Shown here piece after piece: positions 8,970-19,136 of a stretch of DNA of 64,000 bases. Under the pieces are notes generated by a model. That model searched no databases. It saw nothing but the letters and a program-made list of their open reading frames with translations, and had not been told where the DNA came from. The translations under genes were made by a program, and so were the position numbers. The stretch is from Bacillota bacterium (GTDB lineage: Bacteria; Bacillota; Dehalobacteriia; UBA4068): positions 36 through 64,035 of the forward strand of contig DAIMZM010000001.1 of assembly GCA_036733985.1 (NCBI GenBank). Direction: 5' to 3'. Positions within the stretch are counted from its first letter, which is position 1; the number at the start of each line of letters is the position of its first letter.

Positions 8970-10002
8970 TGGCCCCGTCCTCCTTCCTGGTTCCGTCTGC
9001 CGCGGCCCCCGGGCCCGCCCCGTCCTGCTCATAGAGGAAACAGGCCACCTGATGCTGTCCGCCCACCTGGTAATAGGGGGGCCGCTCCTGGCTGCAGCGG
9101 GCAAAGGCATGGGGACAGCGCCCGGCAAAGCGGCAGCCGGGAGGCGGACAGGTATAGCTGGGCAAGCGCCCGGGAATACCGGTCATCACCTTGTCGCCGG
9201 TGAGCTTGGGAATGGAATTCAGCAGGCCCTGGGTATAGGGGTGCAGGGGGTTTTCGAAGATGTCCTCCGTCTCCGCTGTTTCCACAATATTGCCTGCATA
9301 CATGATGCAGACCCGGTCAGCCATTTCCCTGGCTACGCCCATGGAATGGGTGATCAGGATCAGGGACATCTTTTTCTCATCCGCCAATTCCCGGATCAGC
9401 CTTAAGACCTGATCCTGGATGGTCACATCCAGATTGGTGGTGGGCTCGTCGGCGATCATCAGCTTACTGGCGGTGGCCAGGGCCATGGCGATGCAGACCC
9501 GCTGCCGCATGCCGCCGGATAACTGGAAAGGATAATTGTCCAGGATGCGCTCAGGATCAGGCATGGAGCAATCCTTCAAGGCCTTGATGGCCCGCTCCTG
9601 GATGGCGTTTTTATCCCGGCGATCCACAATGCCCGAATACTTGATGGTATCCCGGATCTGCCTGCCCACGGTGAACACCGGGTTCAGGGAGGCGGTGGGA
9701 TCCTGGAAAATCATGGACAGCTTTTGGCTGCGCATGACGTTCAGAGCTTTGGGCTTCAGCTTCAGCACATCCTGGTTATCAAAGAGGATCTGGCCTTTGG
9801 GGATTACCGCCTGCTCCGGCAGAACCCGCAGGATCGATTTGACGGTGGTGGTTTTGCCGCAGCCGCTTTCCCCCACCAGGCTGATCTTCTCTCCCGGCCA
9901 GACCTGCAGGCTCAGGCCGTTGATCACATAGGAATAGCCGCCGTATACTTTATAGTTGATATAGAGGTCGCGGATGTCCAGCAAGGGCTTGTTCTCGTTC
10001 AT
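8962..10002 (-). CDS. peptide/nickel ABC transporter ATP-binding protein (OppD-like)
   Basis: Walker [19 protein letters not shown] signature. Confidence 0.9.
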   Translation of the reverse strand: MNENKPLLDIRDLYINYKVYGGYSYVINGLSLQVWPGEKISLVGESGCGKTTTVKSILRVLPEQAVIPKGQILFDNQDVLKLKPKALNVMRSQKLSMIFQDPTASLNPVFTVGRQIRDTIKYSGIVDRRDKNAIQERAIKALKDCSMPDPERILDNYPFQLSGGMRQRVCIAMALATASKLMIADEPTTNLDVTIQDQVLRLIRELADEKKMSLILITHSMGVAREMADRVCIMYAGNIVETAETEDIFENPLHPYTQGLLNSIPKLTGDKVMTGIPGRLPSYTCPPPGCRFAGRCPHAFARCSQERPPYYQVGGQHQVACFLYEQDGAGPGAAADGTRKEDGAND

Positions 10003-10004
10003 CG

Positions 10005-10907
10005 CTATACCTCCTTTGCGCCGAGCATATCGCCGACCCCGTCGCCCAGCAGATTAAAGGCCAGGACGATCAGCATGATGGCCAGGGCGGGGAAGACGGT
10101 GAGCCACCACATATCCGGCAGGTACTTGTAGCCGTCGGAAATCATGGTGCCCAGGGCCGGGTTGGGCGGCTGTTCGCCCAGCCCGACGAAGGAGAGGGCC
10201 GCGCCCATCAGGATGGCCACGCCCATATCCAGGGTCATTTTCGTCAGCACGGTGGAGGCGCAGTTGGGCAGCATTTCCCGAAACAGGATATGCAGCCGCC
10301 CGGCGCCGATCAGCTCGGCGGACTGGATATAATACTCGCCCCGCACCGAGGAGGCGGCGCTGTAAACCAAGCGGGCGTACCAGGCCCACCAGGAAAAGGT
10401 GATGGCCATCATGGAATGGAACAGGGTGGGCGAAAACATCGCGCCCACAGCCAGGGCCAGCACCAGGGAGGGCAGGGAGAGGAAAATATCCACCACCCGC
10501 ATGATCACAGTGGAGATGAGCCGGCCCTTCAGATAACCGGCGACCAGGCCCATGATCACGCCCACAGGCGCGGAAATGGCGATGACGCCCAGGCCCATGA
10601 TCAAAGCGCCCCGGAAAGAGAAGATGATACGGGACAGCACATCCCGGCCGTTTTGATCCGTGCCCAGCCAATAATCGGCGCAGGGGGCCTGCTTGGCCGC
10701 GGCAAAATTGGTGAAAGCGCCGGCATGCTCCGGATAGGGGGCCAGCTGCTTCTCAAAAATGGCCGCCAAAATGATCAGCAGGACCAGGATCAGGCCGACC
10801 ACGGAAATCTTATTGCGGGAAAACTTATACCAATTGCGTTTCAAGCTGTCCCAGCGGGCCTGGGCCACGCTGTGGACCTGACGCGTTGCCAGTTCTTTGG
10901 CCATCAC
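10005..10907 (-). CDS. ABC transporter permease (OppC/DppC-like)
   Basis: BPD transmembrane domain; N-terminal OppC-type segment. Confidence 0.9.
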   Translation of the reverse strand: MMAKELATRQVHSVAQARWDSLKRNWYKFSRNKISVVGLILVLLIILAAIFEKQLAPYPEHAGAFTNFAAAKQAPCADYWLGTDQNGRDVLSRIIFSFRGALIMGLGVIAISAPVGVIMGLVAGYLKGRLISTVIMRVVDIFLSLPSLVLALAVGAMFSPTLFHSMMAITFSWWAWYARLVYSAASSVRGEYYIQSAELIGAGRLHILFREMLPNCASTVLTKMTLDMGVAILMGAALSFVGLGEQPPNPALGTMISDGYKYLPDMWWLTVFPALAIMLIVLAFNLLGDGVGDMLGAKEV

Positions 10908-11929
10908 TCAGCACCCCCCTGATAACGAATACGCGGATCCAGATAAGCGGCCAGCACATCCACAAGGATATTCACCAGCAAAAAGGTGATGCCGATGATC
11001 ATCACCACGCCCACAATGGCGTTCAGATCCTTGGTGAGAATGGCGGTCATGCCGTATTTGGAAATGCCCGGATAGCTGAAAATCTGCTCCACCAGGAAAG
11101 CATTGCCCAGCATGGCGGCAATATCCAGGGAAATAATGGCTACCGTGGGCGTGGCGGAAGGCCGGAGCACATAGCTCATCATCACCCGGCGCATGGGGAT
11201 GCCGGAAGAGATTTCCGCCCCCACAAAATCCTTGCTCATATTTTCCAGCATGCTGGTGCGGGTAATGCGGGCGGACTGGGCAATGCCGGCCAGGGACAGG
11301 GCCACGCTAGGCATCAGCAGATGCTTGAACGTATCCCAGGCCGCGGCGGTATTGCCGCTTAAGAGGCCGTCCAGGATAAAGAAGCCGGTGATATGGCTGG
11401 GGGCCGCCATATGGGAGGAGATCCGGCCGATGGTGGGCAAGATTTGCAGGACATAACAGAAAAGCAGCATAAAGAGAATGGCCCAGACAAAGGAGGGCGT
11501 GGCGATCCCCAGATAGGAGGTGACGCGTACCGTATTATCGATCAAACCGCCGGATCGCCGCGCCGAAAGCACGCCGAACAGGATACCGAAAAAGATTTCC
11601 AGGATGGCGGCAATAAATATCAATTCCAAGGTGGCGGGCAGGTATTCGGCAATATCCTGGGCCACCGGGCGTTTGGTTTGGGCGGAATCCCCCAGGTCGC
11701 CGGTTAAGGCGCCCTTAAACCAGTAATAATACTGCACGGGAATGGCTTTGTTCAAATGGTTTTCTTCCCGGTACAGTTCCAGGGCCGATTCGCTGGCCGT
11801 GGTGCCCAGGGCCAGCACAGCCGGGTCCCCGGGGATGATGCGGGCCACAAAGAAAATGAGCATAGATAGCCCCACCAGGACGAATATTGACCACAATATC
11901 CTATTGAACACATATTTTAGCGTACTCAT
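10904..11929 (-). CDS. ABC transporter permease (OppB/DppB-like)
   Basis: MSTLKYVFNRILW N-terminus typical of DppB; AGGAG RBS; start trimmed from the track ORF. Confidence 0.9.
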   Translation of the reverse strand: MSTLKYVFNRILWSIFVLVGLSMLIFFVARIIPGDPAVLALGTTASESALELYREENHLNKAIPVQYYYWFKGALTGDLGDSAQTKRPVAQDIAEYLPATLELIFIAAILEIFFGILFGVLSARRSGGLIDNTVRVTSYLGIATPSFVWAILFMLLFCYVLQILPTIGRISSHMAAPSHITGFFILDGLLSGNTAAAWDTFKHLLMPSVALSLAGIAQSARITRTSMLENMSKDFVGAEISSGIPMRRVMMSYVLRPSATPTVAIISLDIAAMLGNAFLVEQIFSYPGISKYGMTAILTKDLNAIVGVVMIIGITFLLVNILVDVLAAYLDPRIRYQGGAE

Positions 11930-11995
11930 GTGTTGACACACTCCTTGGCTTAAACGGCAGTTCAAATACACGGCTGTGCAGAAGGAAAGCGGGTT

Positions 11996-12022
11996 CCCGG
12001 GGGAGGCGGAGCCTCCCCCGGG
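11996..12022 (-). other. GC-rich hairpin (CCCGGGGGAGG-CGGAG-CCTCCCCCGGG) between the SBP and permease genes
   Basis: 11-bp stem read directly; typical position for intra-operon mRNA stabiliser/attenuator giving SBP excess. Confidence 0.45.
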
Positions 12023-12055
12023 CCAGAAAATGAGGAGAGAGATTCAGGGTCAGGG

Positions 12056-13726
12056 CTAGTCCTTAAAGGCCATGGTGCGGAAATAGAGGGCGCGGCCCAT
12101 GATGGGGGCGTTGGCGTCAGCCTCGGCTTCCGGCCAATGGAGGTAAGCGGACTGGTAGCAGCGCTGCTCCGGCCATTCCAGAACACTGATGGTGGTGCAC
12201 ATATCCACCAGGTCGGCCTGGATCTGCTTGTACATTTCCAAACGGGTATCCTTATCCAGCTCGCCCAAGGCAGCTTCGATAGCGGCGTCGATCTCCGGAC
12301 TCTGCAGCCATTCATACTGCTGGAAAGTACCGGTAGTGGAGGAATGGTAGCGCAGGCTCAAGACCGCCCCGGCTTCGGCATAGCTGTCGCTGGGATACAT
12401 GATGGTGATATGGGCGGTGGTTTCCGGCGTGGCAGCCTCAGAAATCAGGGTGGTGAAAGGCGCGGCCGTGATATTGATGGTGATGCCCAGCTGAGCGGCT
12501 GCTTCCTGCAGCAGCAGGCAGAATTTTTCCTCATCCGGCACATCGGCGGAATAGTGGATCTCAATGGGATAATCGCCAATGTTATCGGCATACTTGGACA
12601 GGGCCAGCTCTTCCCGGGCTTTTTCCACGTCAAAGCTGTAAACCGGCACATCCGGATTATGCCCCTCATAGGAAGCGGAAACATAACCCACCGCCTGTTT
12701 GGTGCCGGGATAGATATATTCGGTGGCGGTATCGTAATCAAAGAGCCAGGACAGGGCCTTCCGGAGATGGACGTCGTCGGTGGGGGCCTTCTTGGTATTC
12801 ATTTCCAGATTGGCCACGGCGCCGGTATACATATAGGTCAGGTCAACGCCTTCCAGGGCGTCCATGGCCTGCAGGCTGTCCTGGGCCTGCCATTCGTCGG
12901 TGATCTCCAGCTCTTTGTTGGCGATCAGCGTGCGGACCGTGGCGGTATCGTTCACCGCCTGGACCGTGTAGCCTTCCGGCGCGTTCTCGCCCCAGCCCTG
13001 CCAGTAATCAGCGAATTTGGTGCAGTTAACGTATTCGGAGACATTGATATCATTGATGATATAGGGGCCGCTGCCTGCGTCATGGGTGGTGAGCCAGGCC
13101 ATGCCGTAATCGCCGAATTCGCCGTAGCTGCCGTCGGCTTTATTGGCCAGCACCAGTTCCTTGTTGACAATGCCCAGGCGCACCAGGGTGGCCACAAAGG
13201 GGCCGTAAGTCTGCTTCATGTTAATCTGAACCGTCACGTCGTCAAGGGCCACCGCGTCCTGAACATAAGCGGTCCACAAATAGGAGAAGCCTTGTCCGAT
13301 GGCTAAGGCCCGGTTCATGGAGAAGGCCACGTCCTCCGCGGTGAGCAGGTTGCCGTCATGGAATTTGACGTCGTCCCGCAGATGGAAGGTATAGGCCATC
13401 CCGTCATCAGAGACTTCCCATTCCGTGGCCACATGGGGCAGAATGGTGCCGTCCACATCAGGAAAAACCAGAGCGTCGTAGACATTGAAGCACATGGACG
13501 CGTCAATAGCGGTAGAACCCACGGCAGGATCGGGGTTCAGCGGCAGGCTGGCGTTGACGCGCACGATCTTTTCCGGATTCGGGTTGGCGGTGTCCGCCGG
13601 GGCCGGGGTTCCCGAATCAGGCTGCTGCTCCTGGCCGTCCTGGGTATTACCGCAGCCGGCCGCAAACAGCAAGCCCAGGGTCAAAAGGAAAATCATGGTC
13701 CAAACTAGGCTGGTTCTCAACTTCAT
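12056..13726 (-). CDS. ABC transporter substrate-binding lipoprotein, family 5 (OppA/DppA-like)
   Basis: Signal peptide with lipobox LFAAGC, family-5 SBP length and sequence; strong GGAGGAGG RBS. Confidence 0.9.
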   Translation of the reverse strand: MKLRTSLVWTMIFLLTLGLLFAAGCGNTQDGQEQQPDSGTPAPADTANPNPEKIVRVNASLPLNPDPAVGSTAIDASMCFNVYDALVFPDVDGTILPHVATEWEVSDDGMAYTFHLRDDVKFHDGNLLTAEDVAFSMNRALAIGQGFSYLWTAYVQDAVALDDVTVQINMKQTYGPFVATLVRLGIVNKELVLANKADGSYGEFGDYGMAWLTTHDAGSGPYIINDINVSEYVNCTKFADYWQGWGENAPEGYTVQAVNDTATVRTLIANKELEITDEWQAQDSLQAMDALEGVDLTYMYTGAVANLEMNTKKAPTDDVHLRKALSWLFDYDTATEYIYPGTKQAVGYVSASYEGHNPDVPVYSFDVEKAREELALSKYADNIGDYPIEIHYSADVPDEEKFCLLLQEAAAQLGITINITAAPFTTLISEAATPETTAHITIMYPSDSYAEAGAVLSLRYHSSTTGTFQQYEWLQSPEIDAAIEAALGELDKDTRLEMYKQIQADLVDMCTTISVLEWPEQRCYQSAYLHWPEAEADANAPIMGRALYFRTMAFKD

Positions 13727-13849
13727 ATACTTCCTCCTCCTTTATACATCCTTCTTACTTATTCACTTTTTCCAACACTATCATTATCATTCCCGCAGCC
13801 AGGCCCGGTCCTGCCGTTCTCCCAGGGCCTGAACGGGATTGACAGCAAA

Positions 13850-14296
13850 TTATTCGGCGGCGGAGATGGTCACTTCTTCCATGCCCCGCAGCCAGATGCG
13901 CTCGCCGATCTGATCCATTTCCGCTTCCTGGGAAAAATCCACCCGGCCGATCACATTCACGCTGAGCTGGCCCTGATTGCAGACCAGGTTCTCCGGTCCG
14001 TAGAAAATGGAAATGGTTTCCGCGTCCGGGATGCCGGGCAGGTTTTGCTCATTGCCCCAATCCCGCCAATAAGTGATATCGAATTTATTGACCACGCAGC
14101 TTTTGTTTTCCCGTCCCGGGCTGGTCGGGGTGGCGATGCCGGTATAAATCTCCCTGCCGCACCAGCGGGTATGTTTCATCTGCGCGGTCAGGGGCAATAT
14201 GGATTTGATGCTTGCCACAGTTTCCGGGGCCTTATCGCTATACAGCTCGCCATACAGCGCTCCGCCGCGGGCAAACTCAAACTTAATTCTCATCAT
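13850..14296 (-). CDS. hypothetical protein, cyclophilin-like/DUF3830-like (148 aa)
   Basis: Co-directional last gene of the hydantoinase cluster; family assignment from memory of the motif pattern, uncertain. Confidence 0.45.
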   Translation of the reverse strand: MMRIKFEFARGGALYGELYSDKAPETVASIKSILPLTAQMKHTRWCGREIYTGIATPTSPGRENKSCVVNKFDITYWRDWGNEQNLPGIPDAETISIFYGPENLVCNQGQLSVNVIGRVDFSQEAEMDQIGERIWLRGMEEVTISAAE

Positions 14297-14331
14297 CTTC
14301 CTCCGAGTCGAAAAGGTTTAGGCAGCAGGGC

Positions 14332-14901
14332 TTAGTCAAAGAGCCCGTTTTCTTCGCGGTTTACATAAATCAGCTTCACCAGCTGGCTGGTAAGATTGGC
14401 CCAGTTATGGGGCGTTTCCGACTTGATATGCAGGCTGTCGCCGGGATGCAGTTCATAGACCCGGTCTTCCACAAAAAAGGTCATGATGCCCTCCAGCACA
14501 TAGCCGAACTCCTCGCCCTCATGGGAATAAACCACCACATCCTTCCGCTCCTGGCCCGGCAGCAGCGTCACATGAACCGGGATCAGCTCCCGTTCCTCCT
14601 TGGGGATATTTCCGGCCAGGCTGCGGTAAATGGTATAGGAGCCGTCCAGGCGGAAGCCGTTTTGCTCATAGCTGCGGGTGACTTCATGATGCCCGGCCCG
14701 GGGTACATCGAAAAAGACCCGGCTGTTAACGCCCATGGCCGTGGCGATCTTCTGCAGGGAAGTCAGGGAAATGGAGCAGCGCCCCCGTTCCGCCATGGAG
14801 ATATAGCTCACGGAGAGGCCGGCCTTTTCACCCAGCTCCTTTAAAGTCAACTGATGCTCCAAACGGAGTTTTTTGATTTTCGCGCCTAATGCTTCGTCCA
14901 T
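14332..14901 (-). CDS. XRE-family HTH plus cupin-domain transcriptional regulator
   Basis: N-terminal HTH (QLTLKELGEKAGLSVSYISMAERG), C-terminal cupin. Confidence 0.85.
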   Translation of the reverse strand: MDEALGAKIKKLRLEHQLTLKELGEKAGLSVSYISMAERGRCSISLTSLQKIATAMGVNSRVFFDVPRAGHHEVTRSYEQNGFRLDGSYTIYRSLAGNIPKEERELIPVHVTLLPGQERKDVVVYSHEGEEFGYVLEGIMTFFVEDRVYELHPGDSLHIKSETPHNWANLTSQLVKLIYVNREENGLFD

Positions 14902-14937
14902 GTTATCCTCTCCCCTGGCCGATTGTTTTACCCCTGG

Positions 14938-15267
14938 TCAATCTTCCGGCACATCCCGCATCACGCAGATCAGGGTGCAGGGCTCGTCTAAATCATTGCG
15001 GCACCAGTGGGCGTGGCCTTTTTCAATGAAGCTGGCCTCCCCCGGGCCCATGGGCTTTTCCACGCCGTCGCAATTGCTGATAATCCGCCCGCTGATGAAA
15101 TAGCAGTATTCATCCGTGTCGTGGGCTGCCGCACCCTCCGCCGGGATGCGGACGCCGGGCTGGATGGAGACATGGCTGATCTCCAGGCCCGGGGCCTTGT
15201 ACAAGAGGCGGATCTGGCAAGCCTGGCTGCCGGTTTTTTCAATCTGCCTGATATCCCGTAATTCCAT
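14938..15267 (-). CDS. cupin domain protein
   Basis: Small beta-barrel with G-x5-H-x-H-like motif (EKGHAHW). Confidence 0.7.
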   Translation of the reverse strand: MELRDIRQIEKTGSQACQIRLLYKAPGLEISHVSIQPGVRIPAEGAAAHDTDEYCYFISGRIISNCDGVEKPMGPGEASFIEKGHAHWCRNDLDEPCTLICVMRDVPED

Positions 15268-15273
15268 TTCCGC

Positions 15274-17028
15274 CTACCGCCTTTCTTCCGCCTGGGCCTG
15301 GCGCAGCCGGGCTGTGGCCGCCAGGTCTATCTGCCGGTCGTCGGTGATGATCACGCCGTAAGCATCTTTGGCCCGTTCCCGGCTGATAAAACCGTTCAGA
15401 TAATCCTTGAGCACCCGTTCCGGCTCCCGTTCCAGGGGGTTGCCATACCCCCCGCCGCCGCCGGTTTTCATTTCAATGACCCAGTTCTTGCCCACCGGCA
15501 CATTGTTCATTTTCAGCGCCCTGCTCACCACCTGGCCGTTCTCATCATAGATGGTGACTTCCGGTCCCTTGGCGCTTTGGCCGCCCAGCACGCCCCAGGC
15601 CGGCATCTTGGCCCGCTCGAACCACATATAAACATTGCAGCCTTCCGCCAGGGTGCGGTAAACCCGCCGCACGCCCTGGCCGCCCCGGTTCCGGCCCGCG
15701 CCCTCGCTGTCTTTGCGGATGGCGTAAGTCTCCATCAGGCAGGGCAGCAGATGCTCGCAGATCTCCACGGGGAAATTCTTGAAATCCCCGTTCTGCACAT
15801 TGATCAGGCAATCCTGACCGTCGCCGTAAGCATGTCCGCCCCAGCCGCCCACCGTGGGCTCGTCATGGGCGAACAGCTCCCCGGTTTCCTGATTGATGCC
15901 GGTGATATAGCAGACCATGGAATCGCCGTAATGGGCGCCGGCGGACATTTCCGGCTTTACCCGGGAAATGGCCTTGACGATCAAATCGATGAGCAGGCCC
16001 AGATGGGAGAAATACCAGGAGAAAGCAGCCGGCTCCTCGGCGCTGAAAACGGTTTTCGGCGGGATCTTGAAAGTCAGGCCCTGGAAGGAGCCGCCGGTGA
16101 CCGGAGCTTCCGGCAGGATCAGCATTTTATAAGCCACGCGGATGGCGGAAATGGTCTGGGCCACGCCGGTATTGGTGCTGCCCACCGCCTGGGGGCTGGA
16201 ACCGGTCAGATCCACATCCAGATTGCCCTGGTCGTCCACGGTCAGGGTCATCCTGACCTTGATGGGCTGATCCACCACGCCGTCATTGTCCAGATAGCCT
16301 TCCTCCGTATAAACGCCGGCGGGGATTTGCCGCAGCACTTCCCGCTCCAGCACGGCGGTTTGCTCAAAAATCTCATAGGTGGCCTGGCGGATGGTCTCGG
16401 TGCCGAAACGCTCGATCAGGGCGCGGAGGCGTTTTTCCCCGGTTTTGCAGCCGGCGATCATGCCGTTTAAGTCGCCCCGGGCATTCCGGGGAAAGCGGCT
16501 GTTCATGCAGATGGTATCCACCACATCCTTACGCATCACCCCGGCGTCCACGATCTTCAACGGCCCGATGCGGATGCCTTCCTGGAAGATGCTGGTGGAA
16601 TCCATGGGGGCCAGGGGCTCCTTGGAACCTACGTCCAGCCAATGGGCCCGGTTGGCGGCAAAGCCCACCAGCTCGTCATGATAGAAAATCGGCTGGAACA
16701 CGGTCATATCGTTCAGATGGGTGCCGGAAATATAGCTGTCGTTCAAGATGAAGATATCCCCGTCCCGGAAATTCTCCTTGCCGCCGAAATAGTTGATGGC
16801 ATAACGCACCGTCTCGTCCAGATTGCCCAGGAACAGGGGCACGCCGGTGCTCTGGCCCAGCACTTCCAGGTTTTCATTATAGAGGGCCACGGCGCAGTCC
16901 TTCATCTCGTAAATGATCGGCGTATAGGAGCTGCGGAAGAGGCTGTTGCACATTTCCTCGGCAGCGGAAAGGAAGGCGTTGCGGATGATCTCGGTGGTGA
17001 TGGGGTTTAGTTTGCTTGTCTTAGTCAT
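15274..17028 (-). CDS. hydantoinase B/oxoprolinase family protein
   Basis: HyuB-like sequence over the whole length. Confidence 0.9.
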   Translation of the reverse strand: MTKTSKLNPITTEIIRNAFLSAAEEMCNSLFRSSYTPIIYEMKDCAVALYNENLEVLGQSTGVPLFLGNLDETVRYAINYFGGKENFRDGDIFILNDSYISGTHLNDMTVFQPIFYHDELVGFAANRAHWLDVGSKEPLAPMDSTSIFQEGIRIGPLKIVDAGVMRKDVVDTICMNSRFPRNARGDLNGMIAGCKTGEKRLRALIERFGTETIRQATYEIFEQTAVLEREVLRQIPAGVYTEEGYLDNDGVVDQPIKVRMTLTVDDQGNLDVDLTGSSPQAVGSTNTGVAQTISAIRVAYKMLILPEAPVTGGSFQGLTFKIPPKTVFSAEEPAAFSWYFSHLGLLIDLIVKAISRVKPEMSAGAHYGDSMVCYITGINQETGELFAHDEPTVGGWGGHAYGDGQDCLINVQNGDFKNFPVEICEHLLPCLMETYAIRKDSEGAGRNRGGQGVRRVYRTLAEGCNVYMWFERAKMPAWGVLGGQSAKGPEVTIYDENGQVVSRALKMNNVPVGKNWVIEMKTGGGGGYGNPLEREPERVLKDYLNGFISRERAKDAYGVIITDDRQIDLAATARLRQAQAEERR

Positions 17029-17045
17029 GGCGCTAGCCTCCTCCT

Positions 17046-19091
17046 CTAGTTGTCCTGCGCTTTGATAACCAGCAGGTTGCGGTATTCATCCACCGTGACG
17101 CGCCACTGGGGCGGGATCACAGAGGTGGCGGTCAGTTCCTCCACAATGGCCGGGCCGGTGAAAGCCTGGCCAGGCTGCAAATCCCGGCGCTGATAGATCC
17201 GGGCGGTATAGACCCGGCCCTTGAACAGCGCGGGCTGGGTTTTCGCCGCCAGCGGCGCTGCCTGGGAGAGAGTTTCCGATTTCACCTTGCCCATTTTGTC
17301 CAGGCGGCCCAGGCCCACCAGGCGCAAATTGACGATTTCCACCTCGCCCTCGGGGTTATTGAAGCCGTAGATCTGCATATGCAAGGCATGGAACCCGGCC
17401 TTCAATGCTTCCACCGAATCATGATCCACCGTCTCGCTGTTGAAAGTCACCCGCACCGTGTATTCCTGGCCCAGGTAGCGCATATCGGCGCTGCGGATGA
17501 ATTCCGCCTGCTCCTTACTGATATGCTGCCGGTTCAGCAAGGCCATGGCTTCGCTGGTCATTTCCTCGTATTTGGCGGCGATATCCCCGTAATCCGCCCG
17601 GGACAGATTCACCTGCATGGTACGGGCCAGATCCTGCCGGATATCAGACTGCAGCATGCCCCAGGCGGAGAAGATGCCGGGCAGCTCCGGGATGAGCACG
17701 GTTTCAATTTCCAGCTCGTCAGCGGTGGTGCAGGCATGCATGGGCCCGGCGCCGCCGAAGGCCACCAGCACGAATTCCCGGGGATCAATGCCCTTCCGCA
17801 CCGTCAGCTGGCGGATGGCGTCCGCCATTTTGGCGTCGGCAATATCGCAGATGCCCTGGGCGGTTTCCTCCACCGTCATGCCCAAGGGGCCGGCCACCGT
17901 GGCCACGGCCCGGATGGCCGCTTCCTTATCCAGGGTCATTTTGCCGCTGAGGAAGCCCTCGGGATCCAGATGCCCCAGCACCACATTGGCGTCGGTGATG
18001 GTGGGCCGCTCGCCGCCATTGCCGTAGCAGGCCGGGCCGGGATCAGCGCCGGCGCTTTGCGGTCCCACCCTGAGGCCGCCCGCCTCGATCCAGGCAATAC
18101 TGCCGCCGCCCGCGCCGATGGTATGGATATTGACCATGGGGGTCAGAATGGGGAAGCCTTCCAGATTCACTTCAGAGGAAATATCCGGCCGGCCGTCCAC
18201 CACCATGCTCACATCATAGCTGGTGCCGCCCATATCCACGCCGATCAGATTGGGATAGCCCAGCAGCTGGGAGAGGGACTGATTGCCCACGGCGCCGCCT
18301 ACCGGGCCGGACATCAGGGTCTGGATGGGATGCCGCTTCGCCATCTCAGCCGTGATGACGCCGCCGCCGCTTTGCATGATATGCACATGCTTGGTATAGT
18401 TTTTGCCGGCCATGCGCTGTTCCAGGAATTCCAGGTAGTTCTGGACAATCGGCGCGATATAGGCGTTGATCACCGTGGTGCTGGTGCGCTCATATTCCCG
18501 CCACTCCCGGGCGGCCTGATGAGATAGGGAGATGGAATAGCCGGGCAGATATTTTTCCAGCAAAGCGCCGATTTCCAGCTCATGGGCGGGGTTTTCATAG
18601 GCGTTGATCAGGCAGACCGCCACGGAGGTATAATTCCCGGCCTTGATCCGTTCCGCCGCCTGGGCCACGCTGGCCTCGGAGACCGGGCGGTATTCCCGGC
18701 CGTCCGCCAGCAGCCTTTCTTCCACTTCAAACACATCCACCCGCTCCAAAAGCGGGGTGGGCTTGCGGTAGCGCATATCATACATGGGCGGCCGGTTGCC
18801 CCGGGCGATCTCATAGACGTCGCCAAAGCCCTGGGTGGCGATTAAGGCCACCCGCGCGCCTTTTCTTTCCAAAAAGGCGTTCAGGCCGGAGGTGGTGCCA
18901 TGGACAAAGAAATCAATGTTCTGATAATCATCCACCTTTTCCTCAATACCGCTGATCACAGCGTCGGAAAGGTTCTGGGGGGTGGTCAGGGTTTTACCTT
19001 CCAGGTATTCGCCGGTTTCCATATCATAGAAGACCAGGTCGGTAAAAGTACCGCCGATATCAGCTGAAACGCGATACCTTTTGTTAGACAT
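17046..19091 (-). CDS. hydantoinase/oxoprolinase family protein (HyuA-type)
   Basis: N-terminal ADIGGTFTD sugar-kinase-fold motif and Hydantoinase_A architecture. Confidence 0.9.
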   Translation of the reverse strand: MSNKRYRVSADIGGTFTDLVFYDMETGEYLEGKTLTTPQNLSDAVISGIEEKVDDYQNIDFFVHGTTSGLNAFLERKGARVALIATQGFGDVYEIARGNRPPMYDMRYRKPTPLLERVDVFEVEERLLADGREYRPVSEASVAQAAERIKAGNYTSVAVCLINAYENPAHELEIGALLEKYLPGYSISLSHQAAREWREYERTSTTVINAYIAPIVQNYLEFLEQRMAGKNYTKHVHIMQSGGGVITAEMAKRHPIQTLMSGPVGGAVGNQSLSQLLGYPNLIGVDMGGTSYDVSMVVDGRPDISSEVNLEGFPILTPMVNIHTIGAGGGSIAWIEAGGLRVGPQSAGADPGPACYGNGGERPTITDANVVLGHLDPEGFLSGKMTLDKEAAIRAVATVAGPLGMTVEETAQGICDIADAKMADAIRQLTVRKGIDPREFVLVAFGGAGPMHACTTADELEIETVLIPELPGIFSAWGMLQSDIRQDLARTMQVNLSRADYGDIAAKYEEMTSEAMALLNRQHISKEQAEFIRSADMRYLGQEYTVRVTFNSETVDHDSVEALKAGFHALHMQIYGFNNPEGEVEIVNLRLVGLGRLDKMGKVKSETLSQAAPLAAKTQPALFKGRVYTARIYQRRDLQPGQAFTGPAIVEELTATSVIPPQWRVTVDEYRNLLVIKAQDN

Positions 19092-19136
19092 AGAGGTTCC
19101 TCCTTCAAGATAGCTTGATACTGAGATGGTTCTAAT

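Noticed and set aside
12137-13306. Long antisense or alternate-frame ORFs in the track: 12137-13306(+), 15577-16470(+), 17379-18527(+), 25489-27699(+, 736 aa), 33147-34490(-), 36312-37724(-), 38667-40451(-, 594 aa), 41361-42254(+), 46726-47643(+), 47899-49128(+), 58622-59731(+), 6834-7715(-), 21639-22643(-), 23209-24210(+), 32131-33084(+)
   Set aside because: Each lies opposite or out of frame to a gene with clear family signatures. Their translations are low-complexity Gly/Arg/Pro/Ala-rich, typical of stop-codon-poor high-GC DNA. None has an RBS or a recognisable motif.
13727-13849. Fur-box-like TGATAATGATA in the oppA upstream region
   Set aside because: It is only a half-site, with no inverted partner. 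Opp operons are not expected Fur targets, so this is probably chance.
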